DNA of 64,000 nucleotides from Camelus ferus. Lineage: Eukaryota. Shown in pieces: positions 38,701 to 52,309 of the stretch. Each line of letters begins with the position of its first letter. Position 1 is the first letter of the stretch. The DNA is taken from NCBI RefSeq assembly GCF_009834535.1, contig NC_045696.1, positions 22,694,001 to 22,758,000 of the forward strand, in the 5' to 3' direction. Below the pieces are notes generated by a model. That model did no database searches, was not told the DNA's origin, and saw nothing but the letters and a program-made list of their open reading frames with translations. The position numbers and the translations under genes were made by a program.

Positions 38701-41700
38701 ATTGTCCAAATAATTTAACATGAATCCATTTCTGTAAAATGGGCATGCTGTCTCCTTATGTGTTGCAATATTTAATTAATGATTATGTGCTTTTGCATAA
38801 TGTGTGTTCATATATTAATAGGTTAATAATGCACATTCTCAGTGTACTTTAATAAAGGACATTGGGAGCTAATTAAAAGGAATGTAATTTGTGCTTTTGG
38901 GAGGAAACGTGTTATCTAAGTGTAAATTAGGGAGGGAAGTGGTGGTTAATTCTATACAACGTATCTATTACCACACATTCGAGGCTTAACTCTAATTACA
39001 GATTGGACATGTGAGCAAACAGCATCTGGGAGACTTCTATTCATTTCAGAAGGCCCTTCTTCACTTTTGTTACAGAAGGCTATTCTTTTAATAACCAAGA
39101 TTATTAATAAGCCACTTTCTGCCCAGAACAAAAGGTTAGAGGGAAAAGACCTCTTTCAAAGTCAGCATATTGACAGTATTTATTGTTCTCTTTTGTAGAC
39201 ACTATCTGCCCAACAAGTGTCATGAGAAAGGCGTTTATTATTCAGTCCCTTAGATAGAATAAAGCGTTTTTGTAGCTTGATAACTCTACCCGGAAGAAAG
39301 GGCATTTACACCTGATGGAAGAGGAAAATTCTGCAGACAGATTTGTGCCTGTCTTCAAACCTTTCACCACCTGAATAACCCCTGAGGTTAAATAGCTGGT
39401 AGACATCTGTAGGCAGAAGTAAGAGAAATGAGATCATCAAGGAACGGTGTCGTGCTTACAACATGTGGCGAAATGAGGGCTCTTCACCATCTGTTATTTG
39501 TGTGTGTATTTTATTATGTAAATATTCGTACACACTGCATTCTAAACAAAGGAACATTACTTCCACTTTGTTGGTGCTGCCAAGCTTGCGTATGTGTCCT
39601 GGAAAAAGAAAGTGGCAGACAGAAAACTCAGGGTTCATCTCGCCACTTGTGTCCCCACTCTTTTCACCAAGAGGGTGAGAGACTCTAAGTAGGTTTGATT
39701 CCTTTTCGACATCCTGTTCACAAATACAAAGCTCGACTGTGAATGGAAAGCAATGTCCTAAATACTGCAGTTATGGTCTAAAGCTGCTTGTGCTGGCGTC
39801 CACGGGAAAAAGATACTGGAAGCTAGGATGCCCTGGGATGGTTCCAATGTACACTCGTGATAAATCCAAGCTCGAAAATACATTTGGGCGGAGGAAATAG
39901 GCTCTGTTCAGTTTTCTCTCATCTGTTTAATTCCTGGCACACAGCTCTGGGTCATGGGAAGGTTCTGGTGGGCTACTGTTATTGTCTCCCCCAAAACAAG
40001 AGGGGTGTGTGTGTGCATGTTTGGGAGGAATGAAAGTGAAGAGATTTGGGCGACACATATCCTGGTTTAAATTTTCATAAAATTACCAATTTAAATTGAA
40101 ATGTAATTATCCTAACTGGCATCTTTTTGGCAGCAGCTTAAAAAAAAAAATCCCTCGGCTTTACTGTACCAAGCAAAAGCCCAGAGGAGTCCTGACACTG
40201 GCCTTTAATCAAAAGCTGAAAAGACACAAAAGCTTTCAGATAATCTATGCCAAGCTATCTTGGACAGCACGGAATTGCCTGGAGCACCCTTCTGGTGGCA
40301 TTTAAAACACCTGGTGCCCTTAGAAAAAAAATACATCTGCGTCTGCAGTTTCTCCTTCTGTAATTCCCTTCAATCTCTCTATCTCAACTCATTCTCCTAT
40401 CTTTAAATGGAGGGATGCTGCAGTGACAGTAAAATAAAGCAATTTTATTTACCTAGAGAATGATACTTGTCATTGGCTATGCCTGGAGGTGACAGACTCA
40501 GGTGCCCATCTGCACAAACACTTCCTCACTGTTTATTTCATGTGGATTAATATAATTACACTATCATTGTGCTCACTGATTCAGCTCAAATTTTAATTTG
40601 ATAATTGGGGAAAAGGTGTGCATTTGAAATGGAGGCAATTAATTGACACTTTAAATGCACTTGAATAGAAATAATTTAAGTTACACCATACTTAGTGGTG
40701 ACTTACACTGTTGTGTTTGTGCAGATTCTTTTATTTCGCTTCTATCATTAATAGACAGAGATAAATCACCTTACTCAGCCTCAGACCTTTTGATACCGGC
40801 AGTCTAATTCTGCAGTCTGAAAATATTTTCACTGCCCCAAACAATTCCATTCATTTCATAGTCACTGGCTTTTTGAAAATAAAGACATTCTAACTTTGAG
40901 CAACAATCGAATCATTCATAACTAGTCTCACATATATGCAACATAATTATGCAGATTGTCACATAGTTTTGTCAATAGACAGCGTGATTCTCATTCTAAC
41001 AAACATCTTGCACAAAGAAATAATGAGAATAACAAAGACACAATTTCTCAATTATAATACCCATCGTTCCCAGGATTTGGGAAGAAAAAGAGCTAGTTCA
41101 ATACTTAATTTTTCTCTCGTACCATTTTTACTTTGATTTGTTCCAAGGGAATTTATATATTTTGGTGAACTTACTGAAACTTAAGAAGGAAACATATTTA
41201 TGGATAAAGCACATTTTTTTTGTGTTAATGATCTTCCATCTGGAAACAAATATGCTTTCATATTTTTTAAGGATTTAAGAACAAAAGCTAGTTTCTTTTA
41301 GCAACTTGCAAAATCTGCTTTCTTTCTTTTTTTTTTTTTTTTAAACTGGAGCTCTTTTATTCACAGAGCCTGAAATAAATACTTTTAATCAAAACCGAAG
41401 CAAATTCAATTTTACAAAATGTTAACTACCACAAATTATACCTGTAGTAAATAAGGTTACTTAACAAGAATTATTAGTTGTTTGTTTAGAAGCCCTGAGA
41501 GGGCTTCTTCTGAGTATAAAATCTTGGAGGAACTGCTCTGCCTTTTAGATGAAAGCTTATGCTCCCACTTCAATCTATTATTCAATATTTTTAATATGCA
41601 GTGTAACCATGGATGAACCTAGAAAAGTTCTGGCAGGTCATTTCAGTTAAGAAACCACACTCTTTTTATTAAAGCTGGAAACCTCATTAAAAAAAGGCTC

Positions 41701-42104
41701 TGTGAAGATTTCGTAAACTCCAGCTTCAAATCAAGGTTGGCAATAATGCTCCAAAAATCTTTTCATGTAAATGTGGTTCTTCTGGCACTTTTAAGTTTCT
41801 GGAAGTGAGAAGTGCTAAAGAGCCAAAAAGCACGAAGCGAAGAAAACAAACGAACACACAAAATGCACGCACATAACACACACGCTCACATTCGTAAACG
41901 TGGTGACTCCCAGACAAATCTATTTCTCCTTTTTTTCTTTTCCTATTATCTACTTTTAGGCAAAGTTCTGCAAAAAAAACATCTTTCCTAAATCAGTTAA
42001 TGTAATAAAAAGAAAGAAAAGCATAATCCTAAATATAACCTTTAACCAAACTTAAAAGGCGCCCTTGGTCACCAAGAAGAATTGAAGTCTTCTGAAAGAT
42101 GAGA

Positions 42105-42285
42105 GAATTTTCAAGCTAGAAGGGGAACTGATAGACCACCTGATCTGATAACTCAGCAGCAGCAAAACGGACTGTGGGCCAGAGAGGAACAACTATGTAA
42201 ACTCCAACATCTCGCCAGTGGCAGGGGCCAGGATTATAAAGCAGATCTGTGGGCTCTCAGCTGAACACTAATTCTATATGGTATT
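42105..42285 (-). mobile_element. MIR3-like SINE
   Basis: aattttcaagctagaagggg...ggactgtgggccagagagg...gccagtggcaggggccaggatt. Confidence 0.5.
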
Positions 42286-45200
42286 GTCTGTTATTTCATC
42301 CCTGGATGAAGTGTCCATTTGACAAAAAAAATCTGACATCTAGTCTAGTAAATCTATTCATGATTAGAAGAATTTTGTTTTGTTTTGTTTTTTTCACTTT
42401 TGTTTTTGTTTTGCAGAAAAGCCAAATTTTACAAACTTAGGGTCTAACATATCCTCATTTTTATCAGCTCCTTAAACATAAAGAACATAGATAGATTGCT
42501 GTTAATATTCTTCAAAATTTGAATTCATCAGTAATCTATTTTTTAAATCTATGTTGTTTGTTAATTAATTCACAGAAAGAGCCTTCTCTTTATCTCCAGC
42601 ATTTTCTTCCCAGTATTGAGAACATTTTTTTGAAAACTTTTTAATCACATAGAAATACAATTTAGGCAAGTGAAGATATTAACCCTTAACTCACAAATAA
42701 CAGCTAGTTCATAGGTAATTTTTCTTTGGTTCAGTCTCAATGTCTCATGAAAATAATTCTTCTTTTGCAAAATAGAGGATCAGTTTAAGTGACCAACATA
42801 TTTTGTTGATGATTATTTAAATGGGGCAAAGGCCATCTCTCATGAAAGAAACCCTTTCTTAATTTGATTTTAGGTCAGCTCAACAAAGTTAGTATTTGGG
42901 TTTATAAGAAAAAAGAATATGATGGAATTATTCATTTCAAACCAGTTGAGCAATTCATATACATACCCAAAACCTGCTACAACATTCAAGAAAGGTACAA
43001 GATAGAAATAAAAGTAGTTATATGTGTCGTACTAGTAACAACAGGTGTTAAACTTTTTTATCTGTGGAATAATTGAATGTGTTTTGCATTTTCAATTTTT
43101 TTTCGCCAGACTAAATAGCAAGATAAATTGTGTGAAGAATGTAGTTTCTGGTTCTGCTAAATAAACACTTTCTGGGGCCACTAATTGCCAGGAACAGTGC
43201 CAGGTGAGTAAAACACAGCGAGTTTATTGAGAAGCTAAAAACCTACAGTCATAAACATGCTTGGGATGGAAAGCTAAGAGCTGGGTTCCTCATACTGTAC
43301 AGGGGTAATTGAGTAAGATGCTTTTGAGCTATGAGGATATTTGGAAATGAGCAAGGAGTAGGTAGAAGTGGCTTAATATAAATTTGGCACCTGGAATAAG
43401 ACATAAAGATACTGAACAATTTACATATTACTGGTTGATATCAGTAATAATTTAAGAAAATATTTGGAATGGCTTTTTTCTAAAATTGGAACACACGATG
43501 GTTTCTAAGAAATCCTAGACTTATTTACAAAATTATTTCTTCCACTTAGGAAAAAATAAAATAAAAGGAAACTGATATACTCAGCAAATCGTGATTTCAA
43601 TTTTCAGTGTTGGAATAACCCGAAGGTAAGATGAAACAACTCATTGTGGCCACTAAAAGATAACTGGCGATCATGTAAATATTCCCCTAATTTTCAAACC
43701 CTTGACTTTTAAACAACAGCTTTTACTTAGTTTCCTCTCTTCTCCTCTCTCTGCATATTACCGTTGGCCTGCTGTTTTACAGGCTTTCCAAGTGTGCAGG
43801 AAGTTTGGCTGAGTTAGCAATTTTGTTTTAATATATTCCTGGAAATTTTATCTCCAGCAGTTCTGTGTGCTTTCAGCAAGTGGCTAAAATGGATGCAAGT
43901 TTTCTTAGCCTGATGAGGTCATGACTATTAACACCATCGGTTGCAAGAAAAGTCAAGCAGCAGCAGGTCGAGATGGCACACGAGGAATGGCGTGTGTCAA
44001 CTTGCCATCTTCCCCCAACTCTTTTGCATTAGCTTCATTGTAATAAAATCAGAGGGAAGATCCTGGGGCACCGAAGCTACCCAAGCCACTTTTGAAAGCC
44101 TTAATAATTGCACTGACAATTTAGAGGCCTATTAAACCAAGACAGGCAATGCCTGCTTGACTCCTTTTCTAGAGGTGTGCCAGGGGCAAGGACCGATACT
44201 CTGGAAGGCATCACAATGTGAGCAGTGAAACTCCTCTGACCAAGTGTTTGTCCACTGACCAGCATTTCTGTGGTTATCAGAATACGTTTATGTGCCATCT
44301 CAAGGAGAGCTTATCAAAATGAACGCAAGGGTAGCACTCAGTCTGCAGGCTGCAAACTACATTGAGGTATGGTGCGGGCTTCACTCTAACTTACGCGCTC
44401 AGTATCCAGTTCAGAGCTGATGTGATTTGTTGTGACACTGAAAGCAACGAGAGCCATCTTGCCTCAGAGTCCTCGCAAGAAACCGCTAGGACAGTTTCCC
44501 GATGGGCGAGGTCAGCCCTCGCCAAGGAATCGGCATTCCTCTCCTCCAGTTTCCCTGTCTAGGTCCACCTTCAGTAGGGTAGCAGCCTCTGCCTGCTGGA
44601 ATTTGGCTTTTGTTTTCCAGGTGGGAAAGATACTGCCTTGGCCACATCATTAGAAGAAAGGCACCCAAAGTTTCCACTGAAGTTAAGAGTCTGAAAAGCT
44701 GAAACCGACCTGCAATTTAAGTTTTATTCCCAAAGAGTTTAGATTTAGTATGTTTTGTTTTAGACTGAGAGGCAGAGGCAGATGAAAGCTGTTGTTCTAT
44801 GTGTTAATAAGGGGAAGAATGGGTTTTCTGTAGTTAATAGCACTCCTCTGAATCACTGCCTTATTTACAGTGGAGGAACGTCGTAGATATCATATTTCAT
44901 CAGCAATGATGGCTTGAATATGTTCCGTGAATAATTACAGTATCTTTTCATCTCCTTTTTGTTATAGGAAACCTTTATAGTAAAGGCTTTTAAATATGCA
45001 ATGAGAATGTGTAATCCAAGTATCAAGTCTAACGAGAAATTGTTTTGGCAAGTTCAGAACCCTCTCAAAATTCATGGGTTTGGAGTTTCATATCTAATTG
45101 GAAGCTTTTAATGTTGGAATAGATTTGCTCTTACGAAAACAGCATAAAGCTTTTAAGCAGGGGATGGGGGAGCCCTTTAAGAAATGCTCAGCAAGATTCT

Positions 45201-45644
45201 GTGACATTCAAATTATGCTTATTTAAAAACAGAAACTCCTGTGTTCTGGTGTCTTACCATAGAGACTCAAAAATAGGAATTATTTACACAGTTACAAGAG
45301 TTAGAAGGCTTTGAAAATTTGCTTGTGCAAAAGGCTTTGTGAATTGCTATTGAGCCAAATCATTGAAAAATACCTTGAGAGTGTCAGGGATGGAATAAGG
45401 GATTCCGGTCAACATGTTGCTGTTTGCTAGAAAGTTTCTCTCGAGAGTGCGTGGCAGCTGTATGAAGACCTAATTCAGGTTTTTACTCTCCTAACTAGAC
45501 TGTCCTGAGATCATTGACTGCTGCATTCCTAGGTTTTCCAGTGCAGAGAACCACCTTCTCCCCTTTTTTGAAATTTTTTTCTAATCCTCGCTTTTGAACT
45601 TTCATCTGTACCACAAGGTAGATACATTGGTCATGCTAAGTGGC

Positions 45645-45680
45645 CAAACAAACAAGCAAACAAACAAACAAACAAACAAA
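45645..45680. repeat. (CAAA)n microsatellite
   Basis: About 9 units with one variant. Confidence 0.95.
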
Positions 45681-46109
45681 ACCCCTAGAACATCTACCCT
45701 TCCTCGTCTCCTTCCAGTCTCTCTAAGTTCAGTGCAGCCCATGTGGTTTAACCTTAGTGACAATGTTATGTGTATCGAGTAGGAAGAATTCTTCCTAAAC
45801 TTTAAGCTTAGAAGGAAGTTGTTAACGTAAAGCATCATAATAAACAGATAAACCTAGCTCAAGAAACATTACTTCTTGTCAGGAGCAAGCAAAAAAAAAA
45901 TCTTTGGCAGCATTTACCAAATTGGGTTTTTGGAAAAATAGTTCTCAAAGATGGAAAGAATTACAAAGAATGTCTGGAGTGGAGTGGCTCCCTGGTTATA
46001 CAAACATAAACTTGATGCCCATTTTGGAGCTTCATGTTTTAATTTTGATCAAGTTTAACTTAGCCCTTTTTAAAAATGATTTGAGCATTTTACATTCTAT
46101 TGAAGACAT

Positions 46110-46640
46110 ATTTACCTATCTCAAGGACACAAAGACTTACCTTCCTCATTTCTTTCAGTTTTTTAGTTTTAATACTTAGTAATAGAAATCCTTTTGGATT
46201 AAGAGTTGAATATAGTGTTGGTAAGGATCAATGTTCACTTCCCCATGTGAATATCCAAGTTGTTACAACGTTATTTTGGAAAAGGCATTTTATTCCCTCA
46301 TTGAAAACCTTTATGCTTTTTTTTTAAAGAAAATCACTTGGCCAGTAATGTTTGGATCTACTTTTGGATTCAGTTCTCTTACATTTATTTATATGTCTGT
46401 TTTTTCTGCAATAATATATTTCTTGATTACTGTATATTTATAGTATGAAATCAGAACATTTAAGTTCTCCAATTTTTTCCTTCTTTTTAAAAATTGCTTT
46501 GGCTATTCCTGTTCATTTGCATTTCCATAAAATTTTTAGAATCAGCTTGTTAACTTCTGCAAAAACATGCTGAGATTTTGGTTGGGATTGCATTGAAATT
46601 ATAAATTTGGAGAAAACAGAATTCTTAACAATACAAACAT
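46110..46640 (-). mobile_element. Old L1 ORF2 fragment (L1M)
   Basis: ttgctttggctattcctgttcatttgcatttccataaaatttttagaatcagcttg...gggattgcattgaa. Confidence 0.75.
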
Positions 46641-46659
46641 AATTATATATGATTAGCAA

Positions 46660-47145
46660 AATCACAGTATGAATATTGTTATGATACAATTACCTAATCC
46701 ACAGATCTTATTCAAATTTTATCAATTTCTCTACTATTGTTCTCTTTCTGGACTTCCGATGCAATACAGGGTCATACATTGCACTTAATTGTCTTGCCTC
46801 CTCAGTCTCTCTTATTCTGAAAGAAGCTCAGTCTGTCTTTGTCATTCATGTCCTTGACACATTTGAAGAGTATTGCCCAGTTATTTTGTAGACCACCTTC
46901 CAATTCTGGTTTGTCTGATGTTTCCTCATGATTAAATTCAGATTATTAATTTTCAGTAAGAAAACCTTAGAGGTGACGTTGTGCTCTTCTCGGTGTATCA
47001 TATGAGGAGGTAGAAGTTGTCACTGTGTCTCATTATTGGTAATATTAACTCTATCACTGGGTAAGAGTGTGTCTCCCATCTTCTCCACTGTAAAGTTAAC
47101 TCCTTCCTTTAAATTAATAGTTACGTTGTAGGGGATATCTTTCTT
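46660..47145 (-). mobile_element. L1MC4/5-like 3' UTR
   Basis: ccttgacacatttgaagagtattgcccagttattttgtaga...ggtttgtctgatgtttcctcatgattaaattcag...tctccactgtaaagtt. Confidence 0.75.
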
Positions 47146-47199
47146 CAGATTAGATGTGTTTTATTAATACATTTTCAAATTTAGTGGCCCTTTTCTCTC

Positions 47200-48060
47200 T
47201 ATGTCTTTGGAGCCTATCCAGTGGATTTTTTTTTGAAATTTTCAGTTCTAAAATTTCCAGTTTTCAGTATTTGCACAGATACCTTATGTTTTCATTCATT
47301 ACAAGGCTAATTTTCTTTCTGTCACTGAGCGTATTTATTACTGCTTCTTCAAAGTAATGTCTGATAATTCCAACATCTGCTAACCTCAGGGTTGGCATCT
47401 GTTTGTAGTTTTTTTCCCTTGAGACTGGATCACATTTTTCTTGCTATTTATATGCGGATAATATTGGACTGGATCCTGGGCGTTCCGAATGCTAAATTGT
47501 GGAGAATCTGGATTCTGTTAGATTGCTCCAAAAAGTGTTGATGCTTTTGTTTTAGCAGGCAATTAACTTGGTTAGACTCAAAGTGCAAACAGGCAAGTGT
47601 GTGGTGGGCAGCCGCTTAGATCTCAGATCGGTTCCTTCAACCGTAGCTATGAGCAGCTTTCTGTTTGCCCCATTCAATATGTGGTTCAGTGGTCAGCCAG
47701 AGACTCGGGCCAAGTTTTCACACAGAAATTGGGATACTGTTTCTTTGACTCTCTACTTTCTGATTCTCATCTCACTCTCTGGTAGCTCTGGTTGCTATGT
47801 ATTTCCTGCCCTATTTCCTCAGCCAGTAAGCCAACGGGCTTTCTGTCAGCATTTGAATTGTTCCTACACCACTGTCACCATGACTGAGGCTGCCTCAGGA
47901 CAAAACTGTAGAAAAATGAGGAACTCAATCTGTCTAATGGCTTTGCCCAACTTTTGGCTCTTTTCTAAAATCTACCAATCATATTCAATCTCTAGAACTC
48001 TCAGGTAGTTATGACTGTACCTTTTCTAGTGTATAGATTTTTTCCCCCCTAGGAGGATGG
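47200..48060 (-). mobile_element. Old L1ME-like 5' region
   Basis: ttttcagttctaaaatttccag...gtctgataattccaacatctg...ttgttttagcaggcaattaacttggttagactcaaa. Confidence 0.7.
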
Positions 48061-48289
48061 ATTTGTTGGATAATCATTTCTCCATTAACATGAACACTTA
48101 AGAGATGGATTGGATACAGGATTTTGGATGGTGAAAAGATATTGCCCAAAAAATTATAGTAGGTATCAAAAGTAAAGTACTTGAGAAGGAGACTTTTAGA
48201 TAAAACTTCACTTATATAATACAGCAGACTCCTTAAGGTATCTTTTAACTCATAATTAACCACTTAATTACTCCCACTTACTTCAGACC

Positions 48290-48745
48290 TCCTTATTCCC
48301 TGCTGTTAGCACCTACCAGCCATATTTATACAATGGCACCAAGAGTCCCTGGCCAGAGTTAACTGGGAAATAACTGGACACCCCACCTGGTCTGGGCCAA
48401 GTCACTTCCTTGAGAATTAAGCAGGATCCCAGAAAGTCTGTCTCTCCAATATGGCTTGACTTGTACCATATATTGTGTCTCTTTTTTTCCTGCCATTTTG
48501 TGAATTCAAGAAAAGAAAGCAGCATGCCAAAAAAACAGAGCGATGAAGTAAATGCACAGAGAGAAACAGAATCAAGAGATGATAAGAAAGTGGTCCCAGT
48601 AGCCAATAATCTTCTAATGCTCCTTACAATCCTGCCTGGCATCTGGCTGTACTATTTTCTTTTAACTACCCTTGGTGATGAGAAGTCCCCTCTTTTTTCT
48701 TAAGCTGCCTTTTGTAATTTGCAACTTTAAAAATCCTGATGCATC
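48290..48745 (+). mobile_element. MaLR LTR (old MLT1 subfamily)
   Basis: tggtctgggccaag...gcacagagagaaacagaatcaagagatg...cccctcttttttcttaagctg...tttgcaac. Confidence 0.55.
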
Positions 48746-50029
48746 TATACACCTTCCACATTACAGGCATTGTGAAAAGGTTTATATAACTGTAGTAATG
48801 AGTATACACAGAACAAAAGTGTCAGAGGACATTAAAATGGCAAGAAACAGGCTAAAATTTCTTAGTGTTTAAAGTGAGATAATTTTTAAACTATCATTTT
48901 GTTAAAATCATCATGTAGGTCTTAGGCAAAGATCCTATCTGTTAATTTGAATGTAATCAGAAGAAAATAGAAGCTGTGGATTTCCTCCCTTTTTAAAAGT
49001 AAATGCTAAATAAGATAATGTGGTTAGTTATAAACTCGGTAAATGCAATATTTGTGTCCCATCCTGGTACTCATTCTCCACTTCAGGGTCAATCCCATTA
49101 CTATAATTAAGTTTCTGTTTAATTAATTTTATTTCTGTACTTAATAAAAAGAGGCAATTTTTTCCTAGAGGTTCTGTTTTTCCAATAATATAACCACTAA
49201 GAAATCAATTGCTTAACAAAAGTTAAAGTAATATGATTTGGCCGTGAATTTTACTCTAACAGAAGGACATAATAAGTCAGATGAAAAATCAGAACCTGTC
49301 TCTCCATCCCCGCAAATAAATAAATAAATCTCAGCAAAAGCAAATCTTGGGATCCTTTGGATTTGTCAAACATTTCATGGATCTTCCAAAACATTTTGGC
49401 AGGATAATTCCCTAAAGTGATTCATTATCCGTCAATTCATATTTCAATGTCACTTAATATTTGTTGAATATTCACAACATGCTAGCATTGCACAGCTGCT
49501 GAGAACATGCTTCTCTGTCTCTCAGCCTCACACTGCATGTTTTTTTCAACATAACATATATTTTAAATTTTGTCGAGGGGATAGGAGAAAATTGGTCTAA
49601 AAACAGATCAGCACACACAGCCTTCAAGAATTAATCTTCATACCCATATTAGGAAGATAATCATTGGTTCTGTAAGCACAAAAGTGTGCCCCTTATATCC
49701 ATTTATATCTATTATACATTATCTTATTTATATACAAACTTATATACATATATTCTTATTTATCTGGAAATAAAATTTTTATTTAATTTTTATGTTACTT
49801 TTATGTATCTATGTGTATATTAACGCTACTATTACTTCTAGAGAAATTTGCTTTATCCACAATCTAATTTTTATCCACAACGTGATTTTTAAATCTCTAT
49901 TTATAGATATATGGGTTTTCTATTTCTTAACAGTGAAATTTTCTGTTACTTGTTCCTTATTTGTATTTTATTCTTAATTTGAAAATTGTTACCTATATGC
50001 ATCCATATTACTTTGGTTTCCATAAGGGA

Positions 50030-50491
50030 AGCTCTTCATCTCCACTGGCCCTATAAATCAACCAGCTCCACTCCCTCACTTCATCTAAGTACCTGCTTAG
50101 AGAGGTCTCCTCAGAGCCCGCTAACAAAAATAACATTGACGTAACTCCTGGCCATATTCTTGATTCTTAGACTTTGCTTTATTTTTCCTTCCCCTGATAT
50201 ATTGGAGTTTTGGTTTATTGCTTTTTTCCACCCCCTATAATATAAAGTCTGTAAAACAGGGACATTGTTTTTATTCTTTTCTTCACCTACACAGAGTAGA
50301 AATGTGGCCAGCCCCTGTAGGGGCTTCACAAACTTTTTTGGGGGGTGGTGGTGGTAATTAGGTTTATTTATTTATTTTGAATGGAGGTACTGCGGACTGA
50401 ACCCAGGACCTCCTGCGGGCTAACCATGCACTCTGCCACAAGCTATACCCTCCCCAACTCCGACAAACATTGTTGAATGAATGAATGAATT
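50030..50491 (+). mobile_element. L2 3' end, interrupted by the SINE
   Basis: agagaggtctcc...tataaagtctgtaaaacagggacattgt... and a terminal ttgttgaatgaatgaatgaat. Confidence 0.75.
50334..50455 (-). mobile_element. Camelid tRNA-derived SINE (Vic-1 type)
   Basis: The reverse complement reads GGGGAGGGTATAGCTTGTGGCAGAGTGCATGGTTAGCCCGCAGGAGGTCCTGGGTTCAGTCCGCAGTACCTCCATTCAAAATAAATAAATAAACCTAATTACC. It has a tRNA-like head with A/B boxes and the Vic-1-like tail. Confidence 0.85.
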
Positions 50492-52309
50492 CTCCAAGAA
50501 AAAAGTGTTATTTTCCTTTTATGCGAATCTTAATTTCAAGACAGAACTCCATGTGCAAATCAGCCTATGTGCTGTCCTCTACCTTCTAATTTTTCCCTCC
50601 CTTTTAAATTTAGGATTTCTTTCTTTCTGCCAAATGTTCCCTCCATGGTGATCATACAGGGCTAGCAATGTCCGTGTTTGTGAGAATATTATGACTTTTT
50701 TCTGGTGGAAATCCTCCTTAATCAATTTTTTTTTTCTTTATACTCAATTCCTTCACCAAGACTTTTTTTAAAGAATGTACATGGTGAGTGTTGAGAGTAT
50801 AAGATAAATAAAATACATTTCCTGGAAAAAAATGTTTAGACTAAAGAGTTTAGATACCACAATAACATGCTGATTCTGGTGTAGTTTCTCTAATATTTTG
50901 ATGGATTCTAAAAGGCTTCCTTTAAGATAAAATGTTAAAAAAATTTTTTTAAATGCTCACTTAAAATCTTTTTTTATTTGAATGAATATTAATGTTAGTT
51001 ATATTTCATTGACCTAAAAGATAATAAGGGGTTAGAGCAATATTATTAGCTATTACGCAGCGTCATTCACTGTTATTTTTGTCTTAACACAAATGGAGAC
51101 TTATAAAGAACATGAATCCTGCAAGAAGGTACAATGTTGGCTTTGGGAAAAAATAATTCAGTTTGTTTGTTGCAGTGATTTCATTGCGAAATAACTCTTC
51201 AGTATGGATTCAAAACATCCATCCCATTCACTGTTTTTTCTGCTTGAGAATAATGGACCGCTACTTCCCTCAAAACAAGAGGAAATTACGCTCTGGCAAC
51301 TGGTTGCTTTCCTTTTGTTTCTTTCAAATAAAATCTAACGTATTTCAGTCCAAAATTTCCTTAAAATGCTGTATTTACCAATGTGCTTTATAGTGCCCAG
51401 CATATTTTAAATTAACATTAAAGGGAAACAACAGTGATCAGCATCATAATTATTCAGTAATAGCCCAAACAGCTGCCTGACTTTCTTTTTTGTACTTGCT
51501 TGGAATTTCTTTTCATGTTTTCAAAGAGGAAAAGTGTGGAAAATAACATCTTTGATTGAAGATGTGTGTTTTCTGAAGGTAGGCATATAAATCATATTAC
51601 TTGGAAATTTAGAAAACAGCTTCTCACTCTGTTTTCTCCAAGGAGTATAGAAGAATAATGAAAGGTTATGGTAATGATAGCAACACATTTTTGTTTTTCT
51701 GAGAACAGTGTACTACTTCCCAACAGCCTTTTTTGCTGATAGAAACAACTTAAGGTTATGGTAGTTTTACTATAATCTGTACCAACAACTGTTTTTTTAA
51801 AATTCGTTTCTTGACTGGAAAGCCTATGTAATAAGTGATCATTTGACCACAGGTAAATATTGTTCCTGTATACTTTCATCACACCTTATGTATAACCTTC
51901 ATCTCAGTTCCTTCCTTTTTGAATTGTGTTGACCCATTTATGGATTGCACCCTCATTAGACCACGTACTCTTAGAGGGTAGGGTTCATGGTCACTTAGCT
52001 TTTCACACTTAAGCACAAAAACAGGATATGGATCATGGAGTCACTGTGCTCACTGAAACAGCATGCTGTCTGAGGCTTACATGTTTCCTTCCATATACCT
52101 AACTAATAAGTAGGTGAAAGAAATGAGAAATTTTATCCTAGACATTTAACCATTGAAGTTTCTCCAAGATATTTGTAAGCACTGTCAACCACTTATGTCT
52201 CTGTGATGATGTTTCCAAAATAATCTAGACAATTTCAACCAATCTTGTACTCTGTATGTGAGGTAAGCAAATAACTTGGGAGTTAATTTTCTCTTTATTT
52301 TCATGACCA

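Noticed and set aside
44506..44524. GC-rich hairpin ggcgagg-tcagc-cctcgcc
   Set aside because: Only a 7-bp stem, with no context for a structured RNA.
47568..48008. Longest ORF in the window (146 aa)
   Set aside because: It lies antisense within an old L1 5' region and starts with TTG.
50334..50455. Possible tRNA gene on the minus strand
   Set aside because: The stems are degraded and it carries a SINE tail, so it is a SINE.
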